Shown one piece after another: positions 38,275-51,847 of a stretch of DNA of 64,000 bases. Position 1 is the stretch's first letter. Each line of letters begins with the position of its first letter. The position numbers and the translations under genes are program-made. The notes under the pieces were generated by a model. That model saw only the letters and a list, made by a program, of their open reading frames with translations. It was not told the origin of the DNA and did not search any database. Source of the DNA: Eledone cirrhosa (taxonomy: Eukaryota); NCBI GenBank assembly GCA_964016885.1, contig OZ024742.1, forward strand, positions 94,984,001 to 95,048,000, in the 5' to 3' direction.

Positions 38275-38520
38275 ATTCATGAGTGAATAATAACAATATT
38301 ATAACAATATTATAACAATATCATAATATTATTAATATTCAGTTTGCAAGCAAACAATGTCATAAACACCAACGTCATCCTTTTGTTCCAGCAGTAGCTG
38401 AGAGAACACAATCTTGACAACTGTTTCAGAGATTTTGCTCCGTATCATGGTTGTGTTTTCTCTCAGCTTTCACTGGAACAAAAGGATGACGTATGTCATC
38501 TAACACATCGTGCTTATGAG
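38275..38520. mobile_element. Fold-back MITE-like element, related to 54275-54671
   Basis: Shares the terminus attcatgagtgaataa. Internal inverted repeat at 38372-38492. Confidence 0.5.
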
Positions 38521-39100
38521 GCTGTTGACGCCCCATAGGAGCTTTCTAAATCTATATTTAACCAAAAAGTCCTTTAGCTTCCAAATCCTCCATCGCCATA
38601 TTTTTCTGTGTATCTTGTTCTGTCTTGTGCTTTTTTGATGCCAATAACTTGCGTTGGGTTGTGCATTCTTCCCCAAGGAAGACCTTAATACTTTTTACAG
38701 TCCAGTTATCACATTGTCTTACAAGTAAGTAATCAATTTGGCTTTTGTGTTTGCCTGATTCATATGAGATCAGGTGGTTGGCTGGTGTCCTGAAATTTGT
38801 GTTGCAAACTGTTAGTTCATTTGCATCACAGAATTACAAGAGCCTCAATCCCTCTTCATTTCTTGAGCCATAACAATAGCTGCCATGATCTCCATAGAAT
38901 CCGTCCTAGTACTGCTCCACATGTCCATTGAAGTCATATGCCAGGATGATAGGTTACCTTTATTGGTACCTGAAGTTGTCTGTAAAATTTCTCCAAAGAA
39001 CCTATCCTTTTTTCTTTACTCAGTCCTGCCTCTGGGGCATAGATAGATGTAATTGTCACCATTCTATTTCCTACTGCTAATCTATGCTTTATAATCCTGT
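38520..39100 (-). pseudogene. RTE-type APE endonuclease remnant
   Basis: Minus strand reads GSRNEEGLRLL*FCDANELTVCNTNFRTPANHLISYESGKHKSQIDYLLVR, with DFNGHV upstream. Confidence 0.8.
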
Positions 39101-40344
39101 CTTATTGGATTCAATGATACACTCCACTCTGTATCGGTTTTTATTTGGGGTGTCTAATCTACCCTCCTAGATGGGTTGCCTTTGCTATGGCTTATGGAGC
39201 CCAAGTCTGCACCATGCAGTCATTTTTAATCAATGTTAGTGCTCCCATACATGGGTTGTTGTCACCATGGCTTGCAGAGTCCATGTCAGCCTCATGCAGT
39301 CATTTTTAATCTGAGTCACTGCTCTCCTAGATGGGCTATCTTCTTTTTAGGTGAGGTGTCTCTGTTTTCTCTGTGAATTCATTTGTAATTTCGGGTTTCT
39401 TCCATCTTAGACATTCTGCCATCTCAATAGCTTACAAAGCTCAGCATCTGCCCTGTGCAACCATAATCTTAATTTTCTTGGGGTGAATCAACATTGTTGA
39501 TGTAGAAGACAGTGTGTGAAGGTGCGAAAAGCAACAGGCAGGAATTTGGGGGAAAGAGAGATGCAATGCCATGTCTGCCAAACTGTGAGCTGGTAGGCGG
39601 TGCATTGGGAGTGGGTGAAAGGGATCTGGAAATGCTCTAGCAAGAAGTTAGAGCATGAAAATCAGCTGTTAAACATCATGCCAAAGGTTGAGAGAGAAGA
39701 GGAGAGAGCCAGTGTCATGGTGGCCTGACTCGAGGGAGGAGGGGGAGCAACCTGTCAACATGACAAACCATTGCAATAATATAGCTATATATATACACAC
39801 ATACACAATTCAATATTAGAAAAAATCAAGGATATAAAATTATATTTATTCATTAATTTCTATGCTCCTTTCAATATGATTATAATGTTATATGCATTTG
39901 TAAAACTGCAAATTATTAATCAACAATTACTTACATCATACATGTTACATACAATCCTTATATGCTCAGGAAATATAAATAAGATATAAATGAGAATAGA
40001 ATAAATAAGATATAAATGAGGTTTCACAACCTTACAAGGATTAAAGAACACAAAAACAATATCAAAAACATTTAGCATAAAGCAAGCAGTTAGATTTAAA
40101 GACATGCTATGCAGATAGAATCTTTTTTAAAAGTCATGCAAGACTATGTATATGGTGATTTCTGTCATTAGATTGTAGGGAAATTGTGAAGTACTACAAT
40201 ATAATCACATATTTTATTATATATATATATATAGTAATAATAATAAATTTGAAGACTAAAATCCAAAGAGGGCTCAATAAGGAGTTTCAGAAGATCCCGT
40301 TAAGGGTGAAAGCAGTGATTCTTTGCTTAAACTTTAATCTGTTA

Positions 40345-40386
<42 letters not shown>

Positions 40387-41933
40387 TATATAATGTATAT
40401 GTTTGGATTTATGGATGCACTCACACAAATTGGTATTTCAGGGTTTATGTTGTCTTGATTATGTTTATTGTTATACACATATACACTTACATGTATATTG
40501 TTTTTATGTATATAATGTTTTAAAATAATTTTCTAGTATCACTGGGAATAATATTTATATCATCTTTTGTAACTTTCTCATTTTTATATGTTTATCTTAT
40601 TGTATCAGTGTGTCATTTCTTTACTTGTATACATTGTTGATATTGACTTATGATTATATATCTTTAAGTTTGCTTTCCTTTCTGTTATATTTTACTATAT
40701 AGACATCACCCTCACCATTTAATGTCTATTTTCCATACATGACTTAGTCAGGCTGTCACATTACGATGTTATATAGGTCAGGTAAACACATCTTGTTCAT
40801 GCACCATTCTGCTTTTGGCTTGGTTTCTTTGGCTGGATACCCTTCTTAATGTCAACCACTTTAGAGTGTCTACTGGGAACTGTTTTCATGGCACCAGGGT
40901 GGATCAATTGCTTTTGTTGTGACACCATTACAATCACTTTACAGAGTTAACTGGATGTTCCTTTTTCATAGTACCAACATTGCCACCTTACAGGGTGGAC
41001 TGATTACATTTTGTCATGTCACCAACACTAAAGATCTTCCAAGGTGGATTCAATGCTATGATTGGAAGTTTTCATACTTCTTCTATAAAACTTCTTCTCT
41101 AATTTCATATTGATGGATTCTCCATTGACTTTTACTTTTAGCATTCAGTTTTTTTATCAACTTGTTATCCAATTCATGAATTAACATGTAAGTGGCTGAG
41201 TATTCCACTGACATATTTACATGAATGTAGTCTCCAAGCCAACTCAACATGACACAATATGTGGTACAGCTGGCTATCTTAATTAACAAACTTCCATACA
41301 TTGTTATCTATCCAATATCACTGACAAAGGCTTGAGTCACCCTGGGACTATGGTAAAATCATTTGCTCATAATGTTAGACTGTTTAACTGAAATTAAGAC
41401 CTGATGATTGTGAAGGAAACTTTTTAACTACTCAGTCATAGCTGCATCTATATTATAAATGTGTGCACATACATAGACTATCAGAAATGCACAAGCATGT
41501 GTGGGTGCATACACACACATACACACACAGATACTACATACATAATTTTAACATTAAATTACAATTTAATTTAATATCAATTTCTTCATGCAGACTTATA
41601 ATTTAGTTACACTTTCAGATAATTGGCATCTCTTGGTGCTGAAAATTTGATTCCATAGAAATTAACTAGTAAGTAGTTATAAATTCATAACTCGTCATCT
41701 CAGATATATATCAACAACAAAAACAACAATGTGATTTAAGACCATTTTCATTACTAAAGCAGTGGTTAGCCTTGTGGGTCACATGCCAAATTTGTCCATT
41801 TTGCTCTATCCTCTGTTTCCCCATCAACAAACTCTTAGCTTTCATTTTTCTTCCCCCATGTTTAGCCATGTCTTCCTCAGTCGTTATATTTCTCTACTTA
41901 TTACCATATTAATTTCCATCACTTCTCTCATCT

Positions 41934-42060
41934 GTATATATATATAAAATTCTTTGTTTCTCTGTCTGTCTGTCTTTTTCCTTAGGCCTTCTTGAATGGC
42001 TCGACCAAATCAAACCAAATTGTACAAGGTAATAGTATTAGATCCTGAGATTAACATGTC
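41934..42060 (+). mobile_element. Second Helitron-like 5' end remnant
   Basis: atctgtatatatatataaaatt followed by (tgtc)n, as at 36856. Confidence 0.35.
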
Positions 42061-43244
42061 ATTTTTATTTTTATTTGGATTAAAACACTATAACATTTTA
42101 TCTAAAATAATCTTTCTATAGTCAACTATATTTTATAACATGATGATGACAACATCACAATTTTATATGTGCGTATGTGTCTGTGAGTGTGTGTGTGCTT
42201 GCGCGTTCGTTACATATGTTAGGCCTTAGTAAGTTACATGCACACACATCTTCACATAAATATTTAATCAGATACACAGAGAAGTAAACACACATACACA
42301 TCTACACATGTGATGACATAATGAATATTGTTTACCCTGAGGTGCTTCAAGATTGACAGATTTTCATTTCTAAATTCTATTATCATTACAATTTTGCTAT
42401 TTTTAAAAATTAAAATATAGATATTTAGAAATAATTATGAAAAAAAAATATATCTTCATATTTATCATTTACTAACCTGAATAGGAACAGCAGTAACCCG
42501 AACTAGGTTAAGATATACAATCTTTAAATTTGTATGTATAAAATGAAATTTACAATTCACATCCATTTAATTTAGATGGCCTGTAACAAGGTTACATCAT
42601 ATAGGATGTTCCTTGGTTGTTTTAACGATAGGGAGTCCAACCCTATTATGAAAAGTAACATGAAATGAAGCATCTTGCTCAAGAACACAATGTGCTGATG
42701 AAGCTGAGATTTAAACTAATGATTTTATGCTCTTGAGTCCAATCTTTTAACCACTAGGCCACATGCTCCCCCTATTTTTTCCTAGCATGATGTGTGAATG
42801 TAAAATTATATAGTTCACTGTTGTTAGTAGTAATGCAGTACTTTATTTTTACTGATATCTAAATTCTATTTCATTAATCAAAACGCAAAACTTATTCAAA
42901 ATAACCAACACAGATCTTCAGTCATGTCTGGTTCTACATGTTATTCCTCTCATTTTCTTTACATTTATCCCATCATTCATTTTTCTGAGATTACTGACCT
43001 GAACATGTTGTTTCTAAATGAAACACAAGGCCAGCAATTTTGAGGAGAGGACGACGTCAGTTAAACTAAACGTAGAACATTATTTCAACAATCTCTGAAG
43101 GATGAAAAGTTGTGTCTGAACACAGAACATAAAGGCTTATAACCAAATATCACAAGGCATTTCGTCTGATGATCAATTTATTCTGCTAATCCATATAACA
43201 CTAAATGTATGTATGTATGAATACACACTCACATACATATCTTC

Positions 43245-43520
43245 GTCATCATCATCGTTTAACGTCTATATTTCCATGATAGCATGGGTTAGATGGGTTG
43301 TCTTGTTTGAGGCAAGCTGGGTCAGGAAACCATATCTTACTCACACAGAACTGTTTCTGGATTGGTTTCTACAGATGGATGCCCTTCCTAATGCCAACCA
43401 CATTCACAGTGTGTGCTGGGTGCTTTTTGTTGTGATTCCTACATGACAACTTTGCAGTGAGGGCTGGGTACTTTTTGTTATGACAACTACATGACCATTT
43501 TACATTATGGGCTGTGTGCA
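43245..43520 (-). mobile_element. RTE/SINE 3'-tail fragment
   Basis: tcatcatcgtttaacgtc...gcatgggtt...ggatgcccttcctaa. Confidence 0.7.
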
Positions 43521-44229
43521 TTTTCTTGGACCCACTGGAAGGAGTGATGCGGGACCTCTCCCCAGGAAATAGAGCAACGTCCTGTAAGCTGTTTATTGAT
43601 GAAAGATTCTGTCCCCAGCTGTGAAGTATATTTTATGTAACTGGAAAGATCCAGGATAACCATAAATGAACTAACTCAAAAACAAAAATTGTCTCCCTTT
43701 CAACAATCTAATTTAAGTTGTCTCCCTCATCACAAAACTACTGTCGTCTGTTGTGCAGAATCCAATCAGCTCATATACACTTCTATTCTCACCACAGCCA
43801 TACACAGGTTAAAATCCATTTAGTGAAGTGCCTGCCCTAAAGTATGGCCTTTTTGCAGGCAGTCCCTGAATAGAATTTTTTAAATTTTCTATTCCCTATC
43901 TTCTATCATATGTTTGGGTTCAACGAAACTTGGTTATGTAATTCAGTGGAAGTTGCCTGATGAGATTGTTCTGTCTTGCATCATATTTGGATGATGGAGC
44001 TGCATCATCGAAATATGTATAGTGATTTGAGGGAATTAAAATTGTCCAGTCCAGCCTTCTGTTGTTGTTTAATAAATAATTTACTCTGTTCCTGCACTAA
44101 CAACAGAATACCTCATCTACAATGGATAACTTGCATAATGTACTTTGATAGGTTTGTTATATCATGTTTTGCCAACCAGAACCACTACTTCTGCCCATTA
44201 GTAAACAAACTAACTTAAATAGTATATAT

Positions 44230-44360
44230 ATATATACTCCAAACCCATGCAAGCATGGAAGATGGATGTTAAACGATGATGATGATGATGATGATATATA
44301 TACTCCAAACCCATGCAAGTGTGGAAGATGGACGTTAAACGATGATGATGATGATGATGA

Positions 44361-44363
<3 letters not shown>
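44230..44363 (+). repeat. Tandem pair of very short RTE 3' tails
   Basis: tatatactccaaacccatgcaag..tggaagatgga.gttaaac(gat)n occurs twice. Confidence 0.85.
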
Positions 44364-44412
<49 letters not shown>

Positions 44413-44544
44413 CACACACACACACACACATATAGCACATTTAAAAAAAAATGAAATACTTTGGAACAAAAGCATCTATCTTCCTCATCAGCTACCCTCT
44501 GGACAGTGCAATTTAATGCACAAGGGAAGTTATATCTTTCTATT

Positions 44545-45805
44545 TCATCATCATTGTTTACCATCTATTTTCCCTGCTAGCATGGGTTAGATGCGTTTTT
44601 TCCGTTATGAAGCAGCCAGGTCCGTGGCCCATGTTTTGCTGACACAACTGATTTTGGCTTGGTTTCTATGACTCTTCCTAATTCCAACAATATTTACTGT
44701 GTGTACTTGAATTCTTTTTCTTGTGATACCTACATGAAAACGTTGTAGTGTGGACTGTGCACTTTTTGTAGCGACTACCACTTTACAGTGTGGACTAGGT
44801 GCCTTTTGTCATGACTCCTATACAACTACTTTACAGTATGTGCTGGACATTTTTGTCATGTCAACACAACCACTTTACATTGTGAGCTGGGTGCTTTTTG
44901 TCATGACATCTACACAACCACTTTACAATGTGGGCTGGTCACTTTATGGTGTGAATTGTGGACTTGTGTGTGTGTGTGTGGGGGGGGGGGGTATGGAGAA
45001 TTGGAGAGGCAGATATAGGGGTTGTGTAAATAGAACGTTGGAGGTGTATGGGAAGGAAGGTGGTGCATAGTAGATGTATGCTTCAGCTCCTGCATACAGG
45101 TAGGTGAGTCTTCTGTATTACTGCATAGCACCAGAGATCAAGGTCTTATGTCATCACCTTTGAGAGTTGTAGTTGTGCAAGGTCAACTTTTATCTTCTCA
45201 CTCCAAGTCTTCCTAGGCCTGCTCACTCAGGAGCTCCCATCGACTTTGAGTGCTCTGCAACTTCTCATACAGCTGTCATCTATATACATGCAACACATGT
45301 CCATACAAATGCAATCTCCTCTCTTACACACTGAATCTGGTCTCTCTTATGCCTAATTTCTCTCTCAGTTTATTTATGCTTTGCTGTTTTTGTATATTAC
45401 TATTGCACATCTATCGAAGCAGAGAGGCTTCATTTCTTTCCAATATTCACAGGTCCCCTGCATTCAGTGCCCAGGTCTCACTGTCGTGCAACAGTGTCGT
45501 ATACATGTACCATACAGTCTGCCTTTAATATTGAGGGAAGAATCTTTTGTAGTTAGCAATGGTAGTAACACTTTGAACTTTCTCCAACCCTTTCTCACTC
45601 TAGTTACTGTACGCTTGGAACATGCTCTTCCACTGTTAGTTTCTGTCACCTAGGTGACCAAATTATCTACTACTTCTACAGAGCCCTCTGGGCATTTGAA
45701 GGAGATTGAATCCTGAAAGCTCTTGCTACTCACTGCCCCCATGCACCAACCACATGTAAAATCTGCATTCTTTGTTAGCCTGCCTGAGATCCTACTACAT
45801 CTATT
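44545..45805 (-). mobile_element. Old RTE LINE 3' fragment with about 48-bp tandem repeats in the 3' UTR
   Basis: Minus-strand TVTRVRKGWRKFKVLLPLLTTK..IKGRLY (45464-45649). Repeats of ccactttacagtgtggactgggtgctttttgtcatgac at about 44690-44940. Confidence 0.8.
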
Positions 45806-45822
45806 TTACTATTTATCTATCA

Positions 45823-45872
<50 letters not shown>

Positions 45873-46032
45873 ATGTGTGGTTGGTATAGGAAGGGCATTT
45901 AGCTGTAGAAACTAAACCAGAAATGGCTCTGTATGAGTAAAACATAGTCATCTGATCTGAGTTGTCTCTCAATAAGACAACCCATATAACCCATACTAGT
46001 GTGGAAAATGAATGTTAAACAGTGATGATGAT

Positions 46033-46066
<34 letters not shown>

Positions 46067-46884
46067 GTGTGTGTGTGTGTAATTTAAATCACTCAGTGTT
46101 TCTATACATCTAAGGAGTCTGTGATCTAAGGAGTCAAGCCACATTGTTACATAATGTTACATAACCCAGAACAATTCTGACACTGATCATTGTAGAAATT
46201 TGTTTCATGTAATAAACGTATGTCACACTGATATTTCTGTTCTGATTTTATACACATATGAATGAAATATTTGTGGTATGGAGACTGGAAAAATCATAAA
46301 ACCAGTTAGCACTCAATGCATGTTTATATACACAGTTTTGGTATAGCAATTTATGACATTGGTTCATTGCATTTCTGTTGAGATTTACTAATTGCTACAT
46401 CTGTCTGTCTATTTATATACATACATAATACATACATACATACATGTGCATGTGTGTGTGTCTGTGGAATAGGCTTCTTTGTAAACATATTATTGAAACG
46501 TGACTATATTTCTCCAGTTTAGACATTTTTTTTCATATTTACATTGACTGTAATACATTTTTGTTTGGAAATTATCTTCTGTCGTCTGGTTTTAGCAATG
46601 TTGTTGTCACGATTGTTAATATGGTTTTTATTGTAGTCCAAATATTATGGGAACATTCTTATCTCTTTCTCATTTATTTTCAACCTAACTATTAATATGT
46701 GGTTTGTTTGAGCAATAAGTAAATAGTCTAGTATTTGTGACTGATATTACTTTGTTACTGGGATACATTAGATGTCTGTAGACTCTGGCATTGTGTTTTA
46801 CTGTTTATACACCTTTCTTTATGTATCTCCTAGTTTTTTCGTGGAATCTTCTCTCAAATTGGCAGAGTTGTTAGAGTATAAGAT

Positions 46885-47075
46885 TATCATATTCACTCAA
46901 ATATAAGCCATTCCACTCTATTTTATGCTTGAGAAATGGGCAAAAATACAAACCCTGTTATTAAGCTGAGGCAGCTAATCAATATATTGTTTAGGCAGAA
47001 TATATAAGCTGCCTCCATTTTGCCATCACTTTCTTGGTCATCTATTCCTCAGCTTATATTTGAATATATATGGTA
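46885..47075. mobile_element. Tc1/mariner(pogo)-like MITE
   Basis: Imperfect TIR ta.catattcactcaaatataagc / gcttatatttgaatatatatggta with TA ends. Interior matches 29400-29492 in reverse complement. Confidence 0.45.
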
Positions 47076-49179
47076 AGTGCCTTCATATGTGTTATAAATC
47101 TCTGCATTGTAAGGCTAAATCCTGTCTTTCATCCTTCTGGGATTAATGAAAAATGTACCAGTCCAGAGTTGAGGATTTGATAGAACTTTGAAATCCAATA
47201 GGATGCTGTGTTGCATATGATCTGTCTCTGCACATTCTGAGCTCAAATTCCACTTCCTTCCACCATGGGTTGCAACTGGCAGATAGTATCAGTAATGGAC
47301 AAAATCAATGGAAATAATCTTTCGTTGGTCCAATCTGATGATCAGTTTTTCTCCCTTTTTTCTTTTTTATATAAATCTTAGTAAGGTGCAGAATCACATG
47401 TGAGATGCTTCTACCCATCCTGTTAGATCCAGTAATAATGTATGGGAACAAATGTAAGCAAGATGCAATCCCCAAGCACCTGTAAGATTCAATGGCTCCA
47501 ATCGAGTTGTGATTAGTCTGAGAAAACACTTGCTTGTAGAGAAAACAGTCATTAACTAATAAGGATGATTTCAATATATATTTAAAGCATGACAAGGGTG
47601 GGGACTGACTGAACTAAAGGGCTATTTACTGCAACCCACTTAGACCAAATGTAAATTCAGAACTAATGCTAGCTCACAAATTCACTGTCTCATTTTGTGC
47701 TTCTCTTATCAATACATTAACAAATTTTGTGTTTTTAAATAAGTAACTTCATACACTGCCTATCACACATACTGTTTTGTTCCATTCATATTCTCTCTTC
47801 TTGTAACCCTTACAACTCATTATCATACTAATCATTTTCTCATGTTCTACTGCCCCAAACTTGCATGCATCCTACAGAAATTGATTTACAGATAGTCAAG
47901 CTCAATTCAGCCCATACACATCATCAATTTCTGAGCTTTTGAATTTCAACAATACATGCTTTTTCTTTTCTGACTATCTTTAAAAAGAAAATGAATACTC
48001 TTTCACTGGTTTCTGTAATTAGACTGTGGCCATAATAAAGGTACAACCTTTGAAGGAGTTAACCAATTACATTGAAACTACTACATAGTTTTTTCTAGTC
48101 TGGTACTTATTTTATTAATTTTTTTTGTGAAATTGCTAAAGTGACATAACCACAAACACATATACATGATGTTTTCTACAGTTCTGTCTACCAAAGTTTT
48201 CTCATAAGGAATCGGTGAACACATTGCCTGAAACCAACAGAATTAAGTAATGAAAGAATAAAAGAATCATCATCATAATTGGTTTTACATCAGCTAGTCT
48301 GTAACGACATGGGTTGAATAGGTTTGCAATATAGTAGTTTTCACAAAACATAATATAATACTGAATATAAGTATATATTTTATGAGGTATTATGGAAGGA
48401 CATTTTATAATTGGAGATGTAAATATAAAACTTCTAGAGTTGTTTTGAGAATATATATATACTAATTGAAATATAGTGTAGAAAATAGAAAACCAAACAT
48501 GTCATTGATTTTGAAAAGCAAAACTTATTCATTTTTCTTTTCCGTTCCGTCCATGTGTTTTTCTACTTGCAGCTATCATCGTGTTGTTGGGAATTTTTAA
48601 ATTCCCAAATGTCAATTTATTTGGTCATCCATAGGTTGTTCTTGTCACAATGTTGGCACTTCTGGCATTTGATTTTCCTGTTTTTCTACACACATACATA
48701 AACAACACTGCAACACACACACACATGACACAACTTTGTACATACATACAGGCACATACACACTGTCCAACTACCCATCCACACAATTCTTAACATATTC
48801 CATGTATGTTTGTTTTTCTCATTCTCTCCTTAAGTATCTCTTCGATATGATATAGTAGGGGTTAGAGTGGGGGAGTAATTTAGAGCAGGCATGGTATGTG
48901 TATTTGTGTGCATGTGCTTGTATGTGTGGGTGTGTGCCTGTATATATATATATATGGGGGAGTGTATTAGTGTGTGTATGTGTGTGTGCATGTATATATG
49001 TATATATAATGGACGATAAATAGTTTTATATTTATATATTTACCAACATGTGTATCCACATGTATGATGGCATTTTTAGATTGTATGTACACATTTCTGC
49101 ATAGATTGGTATATATGCATCATCATCATCATCATCATCATTTTATATATATATGACAGATATATATAGAAAAATATGG

Positions 49180-49436
49180 ATTTATATATAGTTTACACAC
49201 ACACACACATACACATATACACACACATTCACATACACATACATACACACACGGACACACACACACACACGTGCACATACACGCACACATATATATACAT
49301 TCTGGCACAATTTTTAAACTACTTTCAGCAGAAACATTTGTTTAATTTGCTTCTGCATCACTTCTACCTTATCTCCTATCATTTTGTGTGTATTTACACA
49401 CCCACACACATATGTATATATATAAATATATACGTA

Positions 49437-49494
<58 letters not shown>

Positions 49495-49592
49495 CATACA
49501 CATATATATAGGTTTTGAAATATATGTATGTGTATACGATATTAAATAAATGTGTATATATATATATATACACATACATATATTTCAAAACC

Positions 49593-49629
<37 letters not shown>

Positions 49630-49642
49630 ATATATATATATG

Positions 49643-49672
<30 letters not shown>
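49180..49672. repeat. Compound (CA)n/(TA)n microsatellite
   Basis: Read directly. Confidence 0.9.
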
Positions 49673-49674
<2 letters not shown>

Positions 49675-49760
49675 ATTGTTTCTACTATTGGCAAAAGGCC
49701 AGCAATTTCCCAGTACATTACTGGTACTTTATTGTATCGACCCCGTAAGGATGAAAGGCA
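49675..49760 (-). mobile_element. SINE family B, 3' fragment
   Basis: ttgtttctactattggcaaaaggccagcaat...cgaccccgtaaggatgaaaggca. Confidence 0.75.
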
Positions 49761-49782
49761 TATATATAATACACACAAACAC

Positions 49783-50030
49783 ATCATTATCATCATTTAA
49801 CGTCCATCTTCCATGCTAGCATGGGTTAGATGGGATTGTTCCACTTGAGGCAAGATTGGGCGGTTGACCGTGTATCACTCGTATAGAACTGTAGCTGGCA
49901 GGTTTTCTATGGCTGGATGCCCTTCCTAATACCAACCACATCTACAGTGTGGACTGGGAGCCTTTTTACTGTGTCTCTTACATGACCACTTTACAGTGTG
50001 GACTGGCCGCTTTTTGTCATGGCACCTACA
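49783..50030 (-). mobile_element. RTE 3' UTR fragment
   Basis: Matches about 33410-33645 (ccacttgaggcaagattgg, ggatgcccttcctaa, cagtgtggactggg). Confidence 0.8.
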
Positions 50031-50033
50031 CAT

Positions 50034-50625
50034 AGGTATACAATCTTGATGAAGTGTAATGACGTAGAAACTTGTTGATTTCCTCAAAGCCAGTGTTGAA
50101 CAAACAGGCGATGATCAGTCACTGACACAGCTTCAAATTGTGTCATTTGTGTACAAACGAATCAAACATTATTTTTAATGTTGTTCAATATAACCCATAC
50201 ATTCATATGTATATACATATATATATGTGTGTGTCTGTATGTATATATATGTGTATTTATGTGTCTCTACGTGTGCATACTTACATTTATGTATCAGCTG
50301 TAATAGAGTGAGAAATAAAATTCTAATTTTATATTTAATATTCAGCTAGGCCAGCCGTAACTCACTCAGTATGCAAATGAGGCTACTCAGCCGTGTGTAC
50401 TTAAGAAAATGCTATATATTTTCCATCGTTCAACAAACTAGCAGAGGTATACAGTCCTGATGAAGGGTAATGATCCAGAAACATGTTGATCGTTCTTTAA
50501 AGCCAGTGTTGAACAAACAGGTGATGACCGGTCACTGGCATGTCACAGCTTTAAATCAGGCTGTTTGTCATAACCGAATTGAACATTATTCTTAATGTTC
50601 CATATAACCCATACATACATATGCA

Positions 50626-50627
<2 letters not shown>
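50034..50627 (+). repeat. Direct repeat, 411-bp period, each unit starting with a hammerhead-like motif
   Basis: About 50034-50208 and 50445-50622 are similar. (C/T)TGATGA...GAAA at 50046 and 50457. Confidence 0.7.
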
Positions 50628-50674
<47 letters not shown>

Positions 50675-50802
50675 GTGAGGGTTTTACAAAATGAAAAATA
50701 ACCGAGGTGTCCTACACGAGTGAAAGTATAAAGAAAAAAAGATGAAATCGAAAATGCAACTGGAGTCTTATTTTTAAAAAAATATATATATTTATTTGGT
50801 TC

Positions 50803-50838
50803 CTTTACCGGTTTCGCAGTTCTTCTGCTTATCAAAAG
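50803..50838 (-). ncRNA. Minimal type I hammerhead (U3-A8 variant)
   Basis: ctt UUGAUAA gcag aagaa cugc GAAA ccgg UA aag. Confidence 0.6.
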
Positions 50839-51729
50839 TAGAGTTGAGATGGAGGGTCTGTGGTTTTTCTCACATCTGGTTGGTCTTTGAATGTTACTTG
50901 TTTTATATGGAAAAAAGTGGCTTGAAACGCCAGGTTTTTAGAGAAGTAATTTGATTGGTTGGTCAATAAGTATAATAAATTTCACGCCAGTTCGCATTAC
51001 AAAGTTCTTCAAACAAGAGGTGGGGGCTTAGGTTGTTTTTTTTTCATATATGAGTGTTTGAATATCTTTTTACTTAAAAAAAGGGGCTTGATTGGTTATA
51101 AATGAAATTATGGCTGTCACATGAACAAGTTCATTAAATATCGCGCCTGTATTTGGGAATTTATTTTGTAGCCTTTTAGAGAATTTTATGACAATAAAAA
51201 AAGTGGCTCCCGAAGGCTTTTTTTTAAAAATGCAATTTGATTGGTTATAAATGAAATTATAACTGTCAAGTGAACAAGTTCCGCACCCGTATTTGGGAAT
51301 TTATGTTGTAGCCTTTTAGAGAATTTTATGACAAGCAAAAGAATGGTCAAGAGAAATGGGATGGGAGAATTGTTCTGGTTCAGTGAATATGGCTAGTTCG
51401 CTGGGGTGTCAGAGTTCAGATTTTCTATTGAAATAAAGAAAGTAGACATATGTATGTTTATTTGTGTGTTTGTGTGTGTGTGTGTGTGTGTGTATAGGAA
51501 GGTGATTCTATTGGTAGAAATGGAGGAGGGAGTTGTGTGTGTGTGTATATGGGTGTTATGTGTGTGTGTGGGGATGTCTTATGTGTGTGTGTATGGGTGT
51601 TATGTGTGTGTGGGAGTATGGTTAGCATGTTAAGATGAAGAGAATATATATTTTTTTCCATATAAAACAAGTAACTTTCAAAGACCAACCAGATGTGAGA
51701 AAAACCACAGACCCTCCATCTCAACTCTA

Positions 51730-51765
51730 CTTTTGAAAAGCAGAAGAACTGCGAAACCGGTAAAG
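51730..51765 (+). ncRNA. Minimal type I hammerhead (U3-A8 variant)
   Basis: ctt UUGAAAA gcag aagaa cugc GAAA ccgg UA aag. Confidence 0.6.
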
Positions 51766-51847
51766 GAACCAAATAAATATATATATTTTTTTAAAAATAA
51801 GACTCCAGTTGCATTTTCGATTTCATCTTTTTCATATATATATATAT

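Larger units (their letters stand above)
50736..51832. mobile_element. Element with about 180-bp near-perfect inverted repeats carrying hammerheads (Penelope-like inverted pLTR)
   Basis: 50736-50916 is the reverse complement of 51652-51832. Internal direct repeats at about 51087-51195 and 51236-51335. (TA)n on both flanks. Confidence 0.75.

Noticed and set aside
40285-40322. Hammerhead-like CAGAAGA tccc..gggt GAAA
   Set aside because: Core substitution at U4, no valid UH site and no stem I. At most a dead relic.
44690-44940. Regularly spaced repeats resembling a CRISPR array
   Set aside because: Contiguous degenerate units of about 48 bp in an RTE 3' UTR, no unique spacers, eukaryotic context, no cas genes.
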